Assembly: GCA_038204995.1 (NCBI GenBank)
Contig: JBBRCH010000006.1
Location: 1,324-65,323 of the forward strand
DNA from: Bacteroidales bacterium
Lineage (GTDB): Bacteria; Bacteroidota; Bacteroidia; Bacteroidales; UBA4417
DNA length: 64,000 bases
Reading direction: 5' to 3'
This document shows, one piece after another, positions 52,622-61,590 of this stretch; position 1 is the stretch's first letter, and every line of letters starts with the position of its first letter. Made by a program: the position numbers and the translations under genes. The notes under the pieces were generated by a model that saw only the letters and a program-made list of their open reading frames with translations, ran no database searches and was not told the DNA's origin.

Positions 52622-52662
52622 ATAACCAACTATTTACTACCCGATAATAAATAGTTGGTTAT
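52622..52662. other. 15-bp perfect inverted repeat spanning the miaA stop codon (possible bidirectional terminator)
   Basis: ATAACCAACTATTTA (52622..52636) pairs with TAAATAGTTGGTTAT (52648..52662) across an 11-nt loop. No clear U-tract is present on either strand. Confidence 0.45.
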
Positions 52663-53541
52663 TTCATTAAGTTCTGATGGCTCGAACCAGGCATACTCAT
52701 CGGTTCGGTTAAACCAGGTTAATTGACGTTTGGCATATCGCCTGGTATTTGTTTTAATGTTCTCAATAGCCTGTTCCAGATTGATTTTTGAATCCAGGAA
52801 ATCAAATATCTCCTTGTAACCTACCGTGTTGAGAGCATTCAGATGGCGGAATGGCAATAAGTTCTGAACCTCTTCAACAAGGCCTTTTTCAACCATTTGA
52901 TCTACCCTGAATCCGATACGGTTGAATAGTTGTGGCCGCGGCAGGTTTAACCCGACTTTTATAATCCGGAAACCGCGATTTTTATTACTGTTCAACCTTT
53001 GTTCCGAGAACTTCTTTCCAGTAGTATGGCATACCTCGAGGGCACGGAGCAAACGATTCGGATTATTGATATCAACTTTCGCATAATATTCAGGATCAAT
53101 ATGGAAAAGCATTTCCTGTAATTTTACTATGCCTTCATCAAGGTAAATTCCTTTCAGGAAACTACGTAGTTCAGGTTCAGGATCAGGAAAATTATCAATA
53201 CCCTTGCATACTGCATCGATATATAAGCCGGAACCTCCGACCATTATCACAACATCATGCTTCCCGAACAATTTTTCCAGAAGTTGCATGACCTCATTCT
53301 CAAATTTCGAAACATTATAATAATCGTGAATGGAGAGTTGCCCTATAAAATGATGTTTTACCTCGTTCAACTGTTGTTGATCGGGTTTGGCCGTCCCTAT
53401 GGACATCTCACTGAAAAACTGCCTTGAATCAGCGGAGATAATTTCGGAATTCCAATATTTTGAAAGTTTGATTGCAGCATCAGTCTTTCCAACTGCTGTA
53501 GGACCTGCAATTACTATTAGGGTTTTCCTGGAATTTAACAA
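52630..53541 (-). CDS. miaA: tRNA dimethylallyltransferase
   Basis: 303 aa. It has the P-loop AGPTAVGKT, plus IISADSRQ and RRYAKRQLTWF. The start codon in the track is TTG. Confidence 0.9.
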   Translation of the reverse strand: MLNSRKTLIVIAGPTAVGKTDAAIKLSKYWNSEIISADSRQFFSEMSIGTAKPDQQQLNEVKHHFIGQLSIHDYYNVSKFENEVMQLLEKLFGKHDVVIMVGGSGLYIDAVCKGIDNFPDPEPELRSFLKGIYLDEGIVKLQEMLFHIDPEYYAKVDINNPNRLLRALEVCHTTGKKFSEQRLNSNKNRGFRIIKVGLNLPRPQLFNRIGFRVDQMVEKGLVEEVQNLLPFRHLNALNTVGYKEIFDFLDSKINLEQAIENIKTNTRRYAKRQLTWFNRTDEYAWFEPSELNEITNYLLSGSK

Positions 53542-53587
53542 TCTATTGAATACTCAATAATTATTTAGAAGTTGACAACCATATGAC

Positions 53588-53618
53588 ATTCAATTCAATT
53601 CAATTCAATGCAATGCAA
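53588..53618. repeat. pentanucleotide microsatellite (ATTCA)x4 (ATGCA)x2
   Basis: It reads attcaattcaattcaattcaatgcaatgcaa, in the 84-nt gap upstream of miaA. Confidence 0.8.
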
Positions 53619-53625
53619 CACCACC

Positions 53626-54213
53626 TCACCATTCCGGTTCAGTGGTATAATTTTCATCTATTTCTTCCTCAAGTTCACCGTCTTTAATCATCTTATTCAA
53701 TTCGCCAAGCATAGCATCTTCGTCAGGATCATCTAAAAAGGATAGAAAATTAGGTGTAGCTGTTGGTGTAAGGGTGCCTTCCTTTTTTACACATACCGGA
53801 TACACTTTTTTGGGATCTGCATCCACAATTTTCATCAGTTCAATAAAAAAGGTTCTTGGATTCAGGAAATTATATTCAAAAAGCATGCGTTGATGCGGAT
53901 CCTCAATTACCTCCCTGATTTTAACCTCTTGCATAATCATAACAGGGATTGGTATTTTTACAGGCTTATCTTCGTCTTCATCAAATAAGTCGGTATCCGG
54001 TACTTTAAGCCCCATATCAATAAGGGTGATTTCTTTTTGTTTGTTCCAACGGGGATCACATATGAAGAATGAAGCCAGTTCATTGCCTTCAATATCTGCT
54101 GATTGCAGGATGATATTGTGAAAATCCTTAAAAGTCTGCCCCGGCTTGATTTCAATATCGCGCAGAAAATCATCCTGTTCCTCAAATAAAAGCCTGAAAC
54201 GGTATGCTTGCAT
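53626..54213 (-). CDS. hypothetical protein, possibly pRiA4b ORF-3-like (MM3350-like) fold
   Basis: 195 aa. The N-terminus YRFRLLFEEQDDFLRDIEIKPGQTFKDFHNIILQSADIEGNELASFFI follows the Y-x-F/L..R.I.V...TF.DLH..I pattern of that family. The C-terminus is acidic. The family call is weak. Confidence 0.4.
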   Translation of the reverse strand: MQAYRFRLLFEEQDDFLRDIEIKPGQTFKDFHNIILQSADIEGNELASFFICDPRWNKQKEITLIDMGLKVPDTDLFDEDEDKPVKIPIPVMIMQEVKIREVIEDPHQRMLFEYNFLNPRTFFIELMKIVDADPKKVYPVCVKKEGTLTPTATPNFLSFLDDPDEDAMLGELNKMIKDGELEEEIDENYTTEPEW

Positions 54214-54275
54214 AATAAATGTATTGTATGTTATGGTAGTGTAAAGTTAAGAACTTATTTGTGATTTCCCCTGAT

Positions 54276-55730
54276 TTATATAAGATTTTCCCCTGAATTT
54301 GCAACATGTTGGTTCACAACTGTCAAACCCAGTTTAGCTCCTTCTTCCAGCATCAGTTGGTACGCTTCCCGATAATTATTATGAATCAGTCCTTCAAGAA
54401 TTGCTTCCCGGATGGCAGTCTTTATTGTCCCGACCTGCTTACCGGGATTAATTCCGAAAACATTCATAATTATCTCACCTGAAACTGGAGGTTGCCAGTT
54501 ACGCAAATTATCCTTCACTTCAATTTCTTTGAGTTTAGCCCTGACGAGTTCAAAGTTTGCCAGGTACTTTTGAACCTTAACCTCGTTTTTAGATGTAATA
54601 TCTGCTTCGCAAAGAGTCATCAAATCGTCAATATCATCGCCGGCATCTATCAGCAGGCGCCTTATGGCTGAATCGGTTACTACATCCTCTGCCAGCACAA
54701 TCGGCCGTAGATGAAGCATAACCATTTTCTGAACATATTTCATTTTTTCGTTCAACGGAAGCCGAAGGTGACTGAAAACTGAAGGTATCATCTTCATACC
54801 TTTAAACTCGTGTGCATGAAATGTCCAACCTGCAACCGGATCGAAACGGCGTGTCAAGGGTTTGGCAATATCGTGGAGTAAAGCCGCCCAGCGCAACCAA
54901 AGATTATCGGTTTTGGGTGCAATCCTGTCCAGTACTTCGAGCGTATGTTTAAAATTATCCTTATGTCCTTTGCCATCCACAAATTCAGCGCCCTTAAGAG
55001 CAGTAAATACAGGGAAAATAATTTCAAGTAAGCCGGTTTTGTCCAGCAGGTAAAAACCTATGGATGGTTTTTCTGTCATCACTATCTTATTTAACTCTTC
55101 GCTGATGCGTTCCATGGAAATAATATGGATTCGCGATGAATTTTTTTTAATAGAATCAAGTGTTTCGGGAAGAATTTTAAAATTAAGCTGTGCTGCAAAA
55201 CGGATGGCTCTCATCATTCGAAGCGGATCATCAGCAAATGTAATATCAGGATCAAGCGGAGTTCTGATAATTTTGTCAGTTAAATCCCCTACTCCATTAA
55301 AAGGATCGATTAGTTGTCCGTAATCAGTCGGCTGAAGACTGATAGCAAGTGCATTTATTGTAAAATCACGTCGATTCTGATCGTCTTTGATGGTTCCCGG
55401 TGCAACCTTTGGGTTTCGCGAATCGTTGCTGTAGGATTCCTTCCTTGCACCTACAAATTCAACCTGCCAGTCGCGATACAGAAACATGGCTGTACCGAAA
55501 GTTTTAAAAACATTAACTTTTTTCACTTTGAGTAATCCGGCCACTTTATTTGCAAGTTCAATACCATCACCTGAAGTAACGATATCCAAATCCTTACTTT
55601 GCCGGTTAAGTAAAAGATCACGCACAAATCCTCCAATTATATAAGCATCAGTGTTTAACGCTGCTGAAGCTTCCGCAATCTTTTTAAAGACAGAGCCCTC
55701 CAGACTTTTATCCAATACTTTTTTACTCAT
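54276..55730 (-). CDS. tRNA nucleotidyltransferase / poly(A) polymerase family protein with HD domain (CCA-adding enzyme-like)
   Basis: 484 aa. It has [27 protein letters not shown] and the HD motif ALLHDIAKP. Confidence 0.85.
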   Translation of the reverse strand: MSKKVLDKSLEGSVFKKIAEASAALNTDAYIIGGFVRDLLLNRQSKDLDIVTSGDGIELANKVAGLLKVKKVNVFKTFGTAMFLYRDWQVEFVGARKESYSNDSRNPKVAPGTIKDDQNRRDFTINALAISLQPTDYGQLIDPFNGVGDLTDKIIRTPLDPDITFADDPLRMMRAIRFAAQLNFKILPETLDSIKKNSSRIHIISMERISEELNKIVMTEKPSIGFYLLDKTGLLEIIFPVFTALKGAEFVDGKGHKDNFKHTLEVLDRIAPKTDNLWLRWAALLHDIAKPLTRRFDPVAGWTFHAHEFKGMKMIPSVFSHLRLPLNEKMKYVQKMVMLHLRPIVLAEDVVTDSAIRRLLIDAGDDIDDLMTLCEADITSKNEVKVQKYLANFELVRAKLKEIEVKDNLRNWQPPVSGEIIMNVFGINPGKQVGTIKTAIREAILEGLIHNNYREAYQLMLEEGAKLGLTVVNQHVANSGENLI

Positions 55731-56096
55731 AGAGATGAAGTAGTAACCTTTTTAATTTAATACAATTCAGAAGTTGCAAAATTAATCAAATCAGCGTGAA
55801 TACAAAGATTCGACTTGACTCAAACCACATGAGTTTTCACTTAAACAGCTTTAATCGGATAACAGAAACAAAAAAAATAAATGTATTAATAGAAATAGCT
55901 GATTTCGGCAGCAGAAAAGTAAATCAATATTTCAAATTTCAATGAATTTCCTGGTTACTTCGATTATAAACATTCTTTAAAAATGTTATAAATTCCTATT
56001 ATTATGTTTTTCAATGCGTTGAATAAATATTATACTTATGATGTACTTATTTTTCAAATTGAGATCTATTTATAATTGTGCATTATCAGCAAAAAA

Positions 56097-56104
56097 TAAA
56101 TTTG
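56097..56104 (+). promoter_or_regulatory. candidate -7 promoter box (TAnnTTTG) for the dehydrogenase/HD/hydro-lyase operon
   Basis: TAAATTTG lies 87 nt upstream of the ATG at 56191. Confidence 0.35.
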
Positions 56105-56190
56105 CGGAAAGCTCTTGTTATTCAGCAATGAAATTATAATTTTGTCGCTTATTGTTTATCAAATAACAAGCAAAAAAAACATTAAATATT

Positions 56191-57387
56191 ATGGTAAAAA
56201 GAACCATTGTAGCAATGCCAGGCGATGGTATTGGCAAAGTAGTACTTGATCAATGTATCCGCGTCCTCAATGCTGCCGGATTTAAAGCTGAATATATTAC
56301 TGGCGACATTGGATGGGAATTCTGGTGTAAAGAAGGAAATCCTCTGCCTGACCGTACTATTAAACTTCTGGAAGAGCATAAAATAGGACTATTCGGGGCT
56401 ATCACTTCCAAACCAAAAGACAAGACGGCTGCTGAACTTGCTCCTGAATTGCAGGGAAAGGGGTTTACATATTACAGCCCTATAGTAACTATGCGCCAGC
56501 ATTTTGACCTGGATATCTGCATGCGCCCTTGTAAAACGCTGAAAGGAAATCCATTGAACTTTATTCGTCGAGGAAAAGACGGAATTGATGAGCCGGAGGT
56601 AGATGTTATGATATTCCGACAGAATACAGAAGGTTTGTATGGTGGGGTAGAATGGACAAATCCTTCGGACCAGGTTTACGATGCATTGATGACTCATCCA
56701 AAATTCAAAAAGAACTTTGGCTGGTGTCCTCGTCAGGAATTGGCCGTTTCAACACGCATTTTTACAAAAAAATATGTTACCCGGATTGTGAAGGCAGCCT
56801 TTGAATATGCCAAACAACGAGGCTTCAGCAAAATCACTGTTTGCGAGAAACCAAATGTTATCCGCGAAACCTCCGGCATGATGCTGAAAGTTGCCCAGGA
56901 AATGAGCAAAGCCGAATACCCCGAAATATGGGTTGAGGACGTAAATATTGATGCTATGACCATGTGGCTCACCAAAAATCCGGAAAACTACAATGTTATT
57001 GTTGCCGGAAACATGTTTGGTGATATTGTTTCGGATGCTTTTGCCGGATTGATCGGTGGATTAGGATTTGCTACATCTGCACAGTTCAATCCCGAAACCG
57101 GAGTCAGCGTTTTTGAACCTACGCATGGTTCAGCGCCTAAATATGCCGGTTATGCTGAATCGATAGTAAACCCAATTGCGATGATACTTTCAGGGGTAAT
57201 GATGCTCGAACATCTTGGCGAAATGGAAATGGCTTCCCGCATCAGGAAAGCAATTGCCGATGTGGTTGCCGAAGGAAAAATCAGAGCATATGATATGCTG
57301 AAAATGAAAGGTTCACCTGATGTTATCAAACAGGGAGCTGCTTCAACAAAGCAAATGGCAGATGCAATAATCGCGAAATTAAAATAA
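56191..57387 (+). CDS. isocitrate/isopropylmalate dehydrogenase family protein (beta-decarboxylating dehydrogenase, IDH-like)
   Basis: 398 aa. It has IVAMPGDGIGKVV, SPIVTMRQHFDLDICMRPCK, FRQNTEGLYGG, NMFGDIVSDAFAGLIGGLG and EPTHGSAP. Confidence 0.8.
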   Translation: MVKRTIVAMPGDGIGKVVLDQCIRVLNAAGFKAEYITGDIGWEFWCKEGNPLPDRTIKLLEEHKIGLFGAITSKPKDKTAAELAPELQGKGFTYYSPIVTMRQHFDLDICMRPCKTLKGNPLNFIRRGKDGIDEPEVDVMIFRQNTEGLYGGVEWTNPSDQVYDALMTHPKFKKNFGWCPRQELAVSTRIFTKKYVTRIVKAAFEYAKQRGFSKITVCEKPNVIRETSGMMLKVAQEMSKAEYPEIWVEDVNIDAMTMWLTKNPENYNVIVAGNMFGDIVSDAFAGLIGGLGFATSAQFNPETGVSVFEPTHGSAPKYAGYAESIVNPIAMILSGVMMLEHLGEMEMASRIRKAIADVVAEGKIRAYDMLKMKGSPDVIKQGAASTKQMADAIIAKLK

Positions 57388-57441
57388 TTGCTCAATCAGG
57401 CAGGGCTACTTCCCAGCGGCTCTCTTTAAAACAGCTGTTGT

Positions 57442-58008
57442 ATGAAAATTGAAACAAAATATTACGAACAGGCTCGTGAACTCTGGCCGGAACTTGATTG
57501 GATAACAGATAACGATTTGAAGGAAAAAACGACTCTCACCTGGGCTTTAGCCCTGCAAAGGAGCATTTTAACACCGGATGACCTAAATACAATACCGTTC
57601 ACCTTACTTTGTGGTCCGGATCTTAAAGTAACATTCATGGATCATAAGCGTTGTGTTGTTCATGTAGCCCTTGATGCCGGTAAAAAGATGAATGAATTCT
57701 TCAGGAATGATCTGCCGGTAAATATGGATGTTCTTATTGCAGGTGCAATACTTGCCGATGTTGGGAAATTACTTGAATACGAAATAAAAGACGGGAAATC
57801 AGTCCAGGGAAGTTATGGTAAATACCTCAGGCACCCTTTTTCAGGCGTGTCGCTGGCTGAACAATGTGGAGTTCCGGCACCGGTATGTCACATTATCGCA
57901 ACACACGCAGGAGAAGGCGATATGGTAAAGCGATCTACAGAAGCCTATATTGTGCATCATGCAGATTTTATGACATTTGAGCCCTTTCGGGAGAGACTGA
58001 AATTGTAA
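57442..58008 (+). CDS. HD-superfamily domain protein with a non-canonical AD in place of the HD dyad
   Basis: 188 aa. The first His lies in CVVHVALDAG. The expected HD position, 32-33 residues later, reads AGAILADVGK (codon GCC). The later HPFSG, THAG and IVHHADF elements are retained. Confidence 0.6.
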   Translation: MKIETKYYEQARELWPELDWITDNDLKEKTTLTWALALQRSILTPDDLNTIPFTLLCGPDLKVTFMDHKRCVVHVALDAGKKMNEFFRNDLPVNMDVLIAGAILADVGKLLEYEIKDGKSVQGSYGKYLRHPFSGVSLAEQCGVPAPVCHIIATHAGEGDMVKRSTEAYIVHHADFMTFEPFRERLKL

Positions 58009-58069
58009 GACCTCACTCCATGTACCCCTCTGCCTGGGTAGAGGGGATTTTAATCCAAAAATATTATCC

Positions 58070-59869
58070 ATGACAATTATTGAAAAGATTATAGCAAATC
58101 ACAGCAGTCAGGCATTGGTAAAACCTGGTGATATAGTAGATGTATTTATTGATGCACGCGCAGCACGCGATTTTGGTGGTGCCAATGTTGTCGAAAACAT
58201 CCTTAACAATGGACTCAGTGTTCATGATGCCACACGTACTTTCTTTACTTTCGACTGCAATCCGGGTGGATCAGACCAGAAATATGCTGCCAACCAGCAT
58301 TTCTGCAGACTTTTTGCCCGCCAGAATGATATAAAAGTATATGATATTGATGCCGGTGTCGGAACCCACCTCGCCATTGATAAAGGACTCGCATATCCCG
58401 GAAGTACTTTCGTTTCCACTGATTCGCATGCTAACATCATGGGGGCAATCGGTTCTTTCGGACAAGGTATGGGTGATCAGGATATAGCAGCTGCCTGGGC
58501 AAAAGGTTCTGTTTGGTTCAAAGTACCTGAATCAGTAAAACTAATACTCAAGGGAAAACGTCCGGCAAATGTAAAAGCTAAAGATATTGTACTGAACCTT
58601 CTGTCAATCTATGGCGCCAATAAATTACTTGGCTATTCCGTTGAAATTGAAGGAGATGCAGTCGAAGGATTTTCGCTCGACGAACGAATAACCATAGCAT
58701 CGATGGGCACGGAAATGGGCGCAATCATAATACTTTTCAGTCCAAACGAAAGATTGCTTGATGAATTGCAGGCACGCACCGGAAAACGGGTTGAAACTAT
58801 AAAAGCCTCAATTGGTGCTAAATATACTTTCGTGCACGAAATCGACATTGAGAAGTTTGTGCCCATGGTTGCCAATCCTGGTCATCCACATGACGATGTT
58901 TCTGTGGATAGTGTAAAAAACACGAAAATTGACTCGGCTTTCTTGGGAAGTTGTACTAACGGGCGTATGGAGGACCTTCGCGAAGCTGCCAGCCTGCTTA
59001 AAGGCCGTAAAATAGCTCCCGGCGTGGTGTTTAAAATTGTACCGACCACGGATGCTATCTGGCGGGAAGCGCTGGATGAGGGACTGATTCAGATTTTTAA
59101 AGATGCAGGAGCACTGGTATCGAATGCAGGTTGTGCAGGTTGTGCTGCTGGACAGGTCGGACAAAATGGCCCTGAAGAAGTAACAATAAGCACCGGTAAC
59201 CGTAATTTCTCCGGTAAACAAGGCAAAGGTGCTATGTATTTGGCATCACCGGGCGTAGTAACTGCTTCTGCCATAGCCGGCTATATTACTACTCCGGATG
59301 ATATTCCCGATACAGCGGCAGTTTTTTCAAAGCCAGGCCTCAAAAAACATGAAGTAGTTGTTCGTGAGAAAACAGAAAAGCCTGAAATCATTGAAGGCCG
59401 GGCATGGGTAATATATCAGGATGACATTGATACGGACATGATATTTCATAACCGTTATCTGACCATAACCAACATTAAAGAGATGGGCCAATATACTTTC
59501 GATAACCTGAAAGGATACGAGGATTTCGCAAAAAAAGCCCAGGCCGGTGATATTGTATTCACCACCAAGAATTTCGGGGCAGGAAGTTCACGACAGCAGG
59601 CTGTTGATTGTTTCCAGTCGCTCGGAGTAACTGCCATTGTTGCCGAATCATTCGGAGCGATCTATGAGCGAAATGCCATCAATGCAGCACTTCCAATTTT
59701 AACCTATTCTTCCGGGCAGCTTGAAGAGCTTAATCTACAGCCGTTTGATCAGGTGAGGGTAAATTTCAGCACAGGAGAAATAACTAATATCACCAGGAAT
59801 ATATCTCTGAATATCAATAAGTTTTATGATGCTCAGATGCAGATTTATAGAAACGGAGGATTACTTTAA
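58070..59869 (+). CDS. fused large+small subunit aconitase-family hydro-lyase (LeuC-LeuD / homoaconitase / aconitase type)
   Basis: 599 aa. The large-subunit part has DSHANIMG, LGSCTNGR and NAGCAGCAAG (Fe-S ligand region). The C-terminal ~170 aa is a swivel/small-subunit part with KNFGAGSSRQQAV. Confidence 0.8.
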   Translation: MTIIEKIIANHSSQALVKPGDIVDVFIDARAARDFGGANVVENILNNGLSVHDATRTFFTFDCNPGGSDQKYAANQHFCRLFARQNDIKVYDIDAGVGTHLAIDKGLAYPGSTFVSTDSHANIMGAIGSFGQGMGDQDIAAAWAKGSVWFKVPESVKLILKGKRPANVKAKDIVLNLLSIYGANKLLGYSVEIEGDAVEGFSLDERITIASMGTEMGAIIILFSPNERLLDELQARTGKRVETIKASIGAKYTFVHEIDIEKFVPMVANPGHPHDDVSVDSVKNTKIDSAFLGSCTNGRMEDLREAASLLKGRKIAPGVVFKIVPTTDAIWREALDEGLIQIFKDAGALVSNAGCAGCAAGQVGQNGPEEVTISTGNRNFSGKQGKGAMYLASPGVVTASAIAGYITTPDDIPDTAAVFSKPGLKKHEVVVREKTEKPEIIEGRAWVIYQDDIDTDMIFHNRYLTITNIKEMGQYTFDNLKGYEDFAKKAQAGDIVFTTKNFGAGSSRQQAVDCFQSLGVTAIVAESFGAIYERNAINAALPILTYSSGQLEELNLQPFDQVRVNFSTGEITNITRNISLNINKFYDAQMQIYRNGGLL

Positions 59870-59880
59870 TTTTCAGAGGC

Positions 59881-59922
59881 AAAACTATAAGCCCGGCGGA
59901 GATCCGCCGGGCTTATAGTTTT
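59881..59922. terminator. strong bidirectional intrinsic terminator
   Basis: AAAACTATAAGCCCGGCGG (59881..59899) pairs with CCGCCGGGCTTATAGTTTT (59904..59922). The stem is 19 bp and perfect, with loop AGAT. The A/T runs are part of the arms. Confidence 0.85.
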
Positions 59923-59946
59923 GTTCAACTCAATGATTTTAAGCTT

Positions 59947-60309
59947 TCAAAATTCTTTTATTTCGGTTCTTGCCTTGAAGGATGTATAATAAAAGAGCGC
60001 TCCTGGAACAATAAATGGTAAACCATAGATCAGTGCTATTTCAATCTTACCTGATCCACCCATAAACATCAGGTATATGGCCATAATTGCTCCACCTGAG
60101 ATCATTACAAGGCTTCCCTTTACTGAATTGTAAACAGCCCAGATATACCCTGAAACCGAAAAAATCATCATGATCAGTATTGGAATTACCCTGGCTTTGC
60201 CATCAATAAGTTCAGTGCCAGCTATGGTAATCAGAAAAAGACTAAAAAACGCCGACGCCTGGAAGCCAAGTATTATAGCTGCATAGCGCAGTATTTTTAA
60301 AGTTTTCAT
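59947..60309 (-). CDS. small integral membrane protein (hypothetical)
   Basis: 120 aa with four hydrophobic segments. I recognised no motif. Confidence 0.5.
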   Translation of the reverse strand: MKTLKILRYAAIILGFQASAFFSLFLITIAGTELIDGKARVIPILIMMIFSVSGYIWAVYNSVKGSLVMISGGAIMAIYLMFMGGSGKIEIALIYGLPFIVPGALFYYTSFKARTEIKEF

Positions 60310-60332
60310 GTTACTTTAACAAATTAAATTTC

Positions 60333-60938
60333 TTATTTTGCACCAAACTCAGTCTTTACATTTAGATAGCCAGGATAGGTTATAGGGAAACCATTTACTG
60401 AAATCGTAGGCTTCATCTGAAGGGTAAACCGGGTTGGTTTATTTCCTGCACCGGCAAGGTTCATCCCAAAATTGATTATGGCATCGGCACTTTTGCCAGA
60501 AAGAGCCTGTTTCAGGTCTACATGCATCTGCATCGGAATGATAGCCGAACCATTATTTGCCGGTATGTTTACTTGTTTATCAAGAATGCCGTGAGTCATT
60601 TCCACATCATCTATCAGGAGTATCCAATCTATCCTGGTCATTCCTGCTGCAGATGAATTTGGATTTCTGGCTTCAATATTAAGTGTGAAATCGAGAGGGA
60701 ATTGCTGTGAGGCAACCGCATTTGCCAGTTTGGCAGCATCCAACATAGTCAGATCTGATACCTTTTTCACATTCTGTACATTTATTCCGGCAAGATTTAA
60801 GTGCTGCACCGACTCGAGCCTGAAATCACATTTTGTGAGGTTACTTACCTGAGAAACCTGCTGTAAAACATCACAGGAAGTAAAAAACGCTATGGAGCAT
60901 ACCAGGGCTATCAGAGATATTCTTTTTTTAGTCATCAT
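60333..60938 (-). CDS. lipoprotein, LEA type-2 / NDR1-HIN1-like domain (tentative)
   Basis: 201 aa. The lipobox is FFTSC. The beta-rich body with FPLDFTLNIEARNPN...IDWILLIDDVEM resembles LEA_2 domains. Confidence 0.45.
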   Translation of the reverse strand: MMTKKRISLIALVCSIAFFTSCDVLQQVSQVSNLTKCDFRLESVQHLNLAGINVQNVKKVSDLTMLDAAKLANAVASQQFPLDFTLNIEARNPNSSAAGMTRIDWILLIDDVEMTHGILDKQVNIPANNGSAIIPMQMHVDLKQALSGKSADAIINFGMNLAGAGNKPTRFTLQMKPTISVNGFPITYPGYLNVKTEFGAK

Positions 60939-61048
60939 TTTGGATTATTAGATTGAATACCTGGTCAAACAAAAACCATTCCATTCTCTTTATTTAGAAT
61001 TGCTTCAAATTGCAATGTCAATAATCAATGTTAAATAAAATTACCGAC

Positions 61049-61068
61049 ATTTGAGCAATTAAATACTT
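61049..61068 (+). promoter_or_regulatory. shared 20-bp motif, copy 1 (promoter/operator candidate of the first Rrf2 gene)
   Basis: ATTTGAGCAATTAAATACTT ends 10 nt before the ATG at 61079. It matches the copy at 61556..61575 in 17 of 20 positions. Its 5' end overlaps a near -7 box, GACATTTG. Confidence 0.45.
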
Positions 61069-61078
61069 GTTTAACACA

Positions 61079-61480
61079 ATGGCGAAAATAGTTTCTTATT
61101 CCGAAGCCGCTTCCATAGGTATGCATGGCATGGTGCTTGTTGCCCGTGCCCGTGAAACCATAAATGTACAGAAAATAGCTGACATAACAGGTTCCTCGCG
61201 CCATCATGTTGCCAAAGTTATGCAACGGCTTGTAAAAGAAGGCTTTTTAGCTTCAAACCGCGGCCCGTCCGGTGGTTTTAAATTAAATATGGAACCGGGT
61301 AATATTACATTATTACAAATATACGAAGCAATCGAAGGGAAGGTTAAAGTTATAAGTTGCCCTCACGAAAAACAGGTGTGCCCTTTTGAAAAATGTATTA
61401 TGGGTACAGTTGTTTCAACGATGACACAGACCTTCCGTGATCATTTGTCATCCAATACTCTTTTGGACCTGATAGCATAA
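61079..61480 (+). CDS. Rrf2 family transcriptional regulator (Fe-S cluster type)
   Basis: The track ORF starts at TTG 61067. The ATG at 61079 gives MAKIVSYSEAASIGMHGMVLVA, the usual Rrf2 N-terminus. It has a winged HTH (IADITGSSRHHVAKVMQRLVKEGFLASNRGPSGGF) and the Cys triad C-x6-CPF-x2-C. Confidence 0.85.
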   Translation: MAKIVSYSEAASIGMHGMVLVARARETINVQKIADITGSSRHHVAKVMQRLVKEGFLASNRGPSGGFKLNMEPGNITLLQIYEAIEGKVKVISCPHEKQVCPFEKCIMGTVVSTMTQTFRDHLSSNTLLDLIA

Positions 61481-61555
61481 AAAAGTCTGCTAAAACCGGT
61501 TCAAGAGTTCTGATTTTTTTATCAATACTTCAATTCATTTCTTATAATTTTATAT

Positions 61556-61575
61556 ATTTGCGCATTCAAATACTT
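61556..61575 (+). promoter_or_regulatory. shared 20-bp motif, copy 2 (promoter/operator candidate of the second Rrf2 gene)
   Basis: ATTTGCGCATTCAAATACTT overlaps an exact TAnnTTTG box (TATATTTG, 61553..61560). It ends 15 nt before the TTG at 61591. Confidence 0.45.
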
Positions 61576-61590
61576 AAATTCCTATATAGC

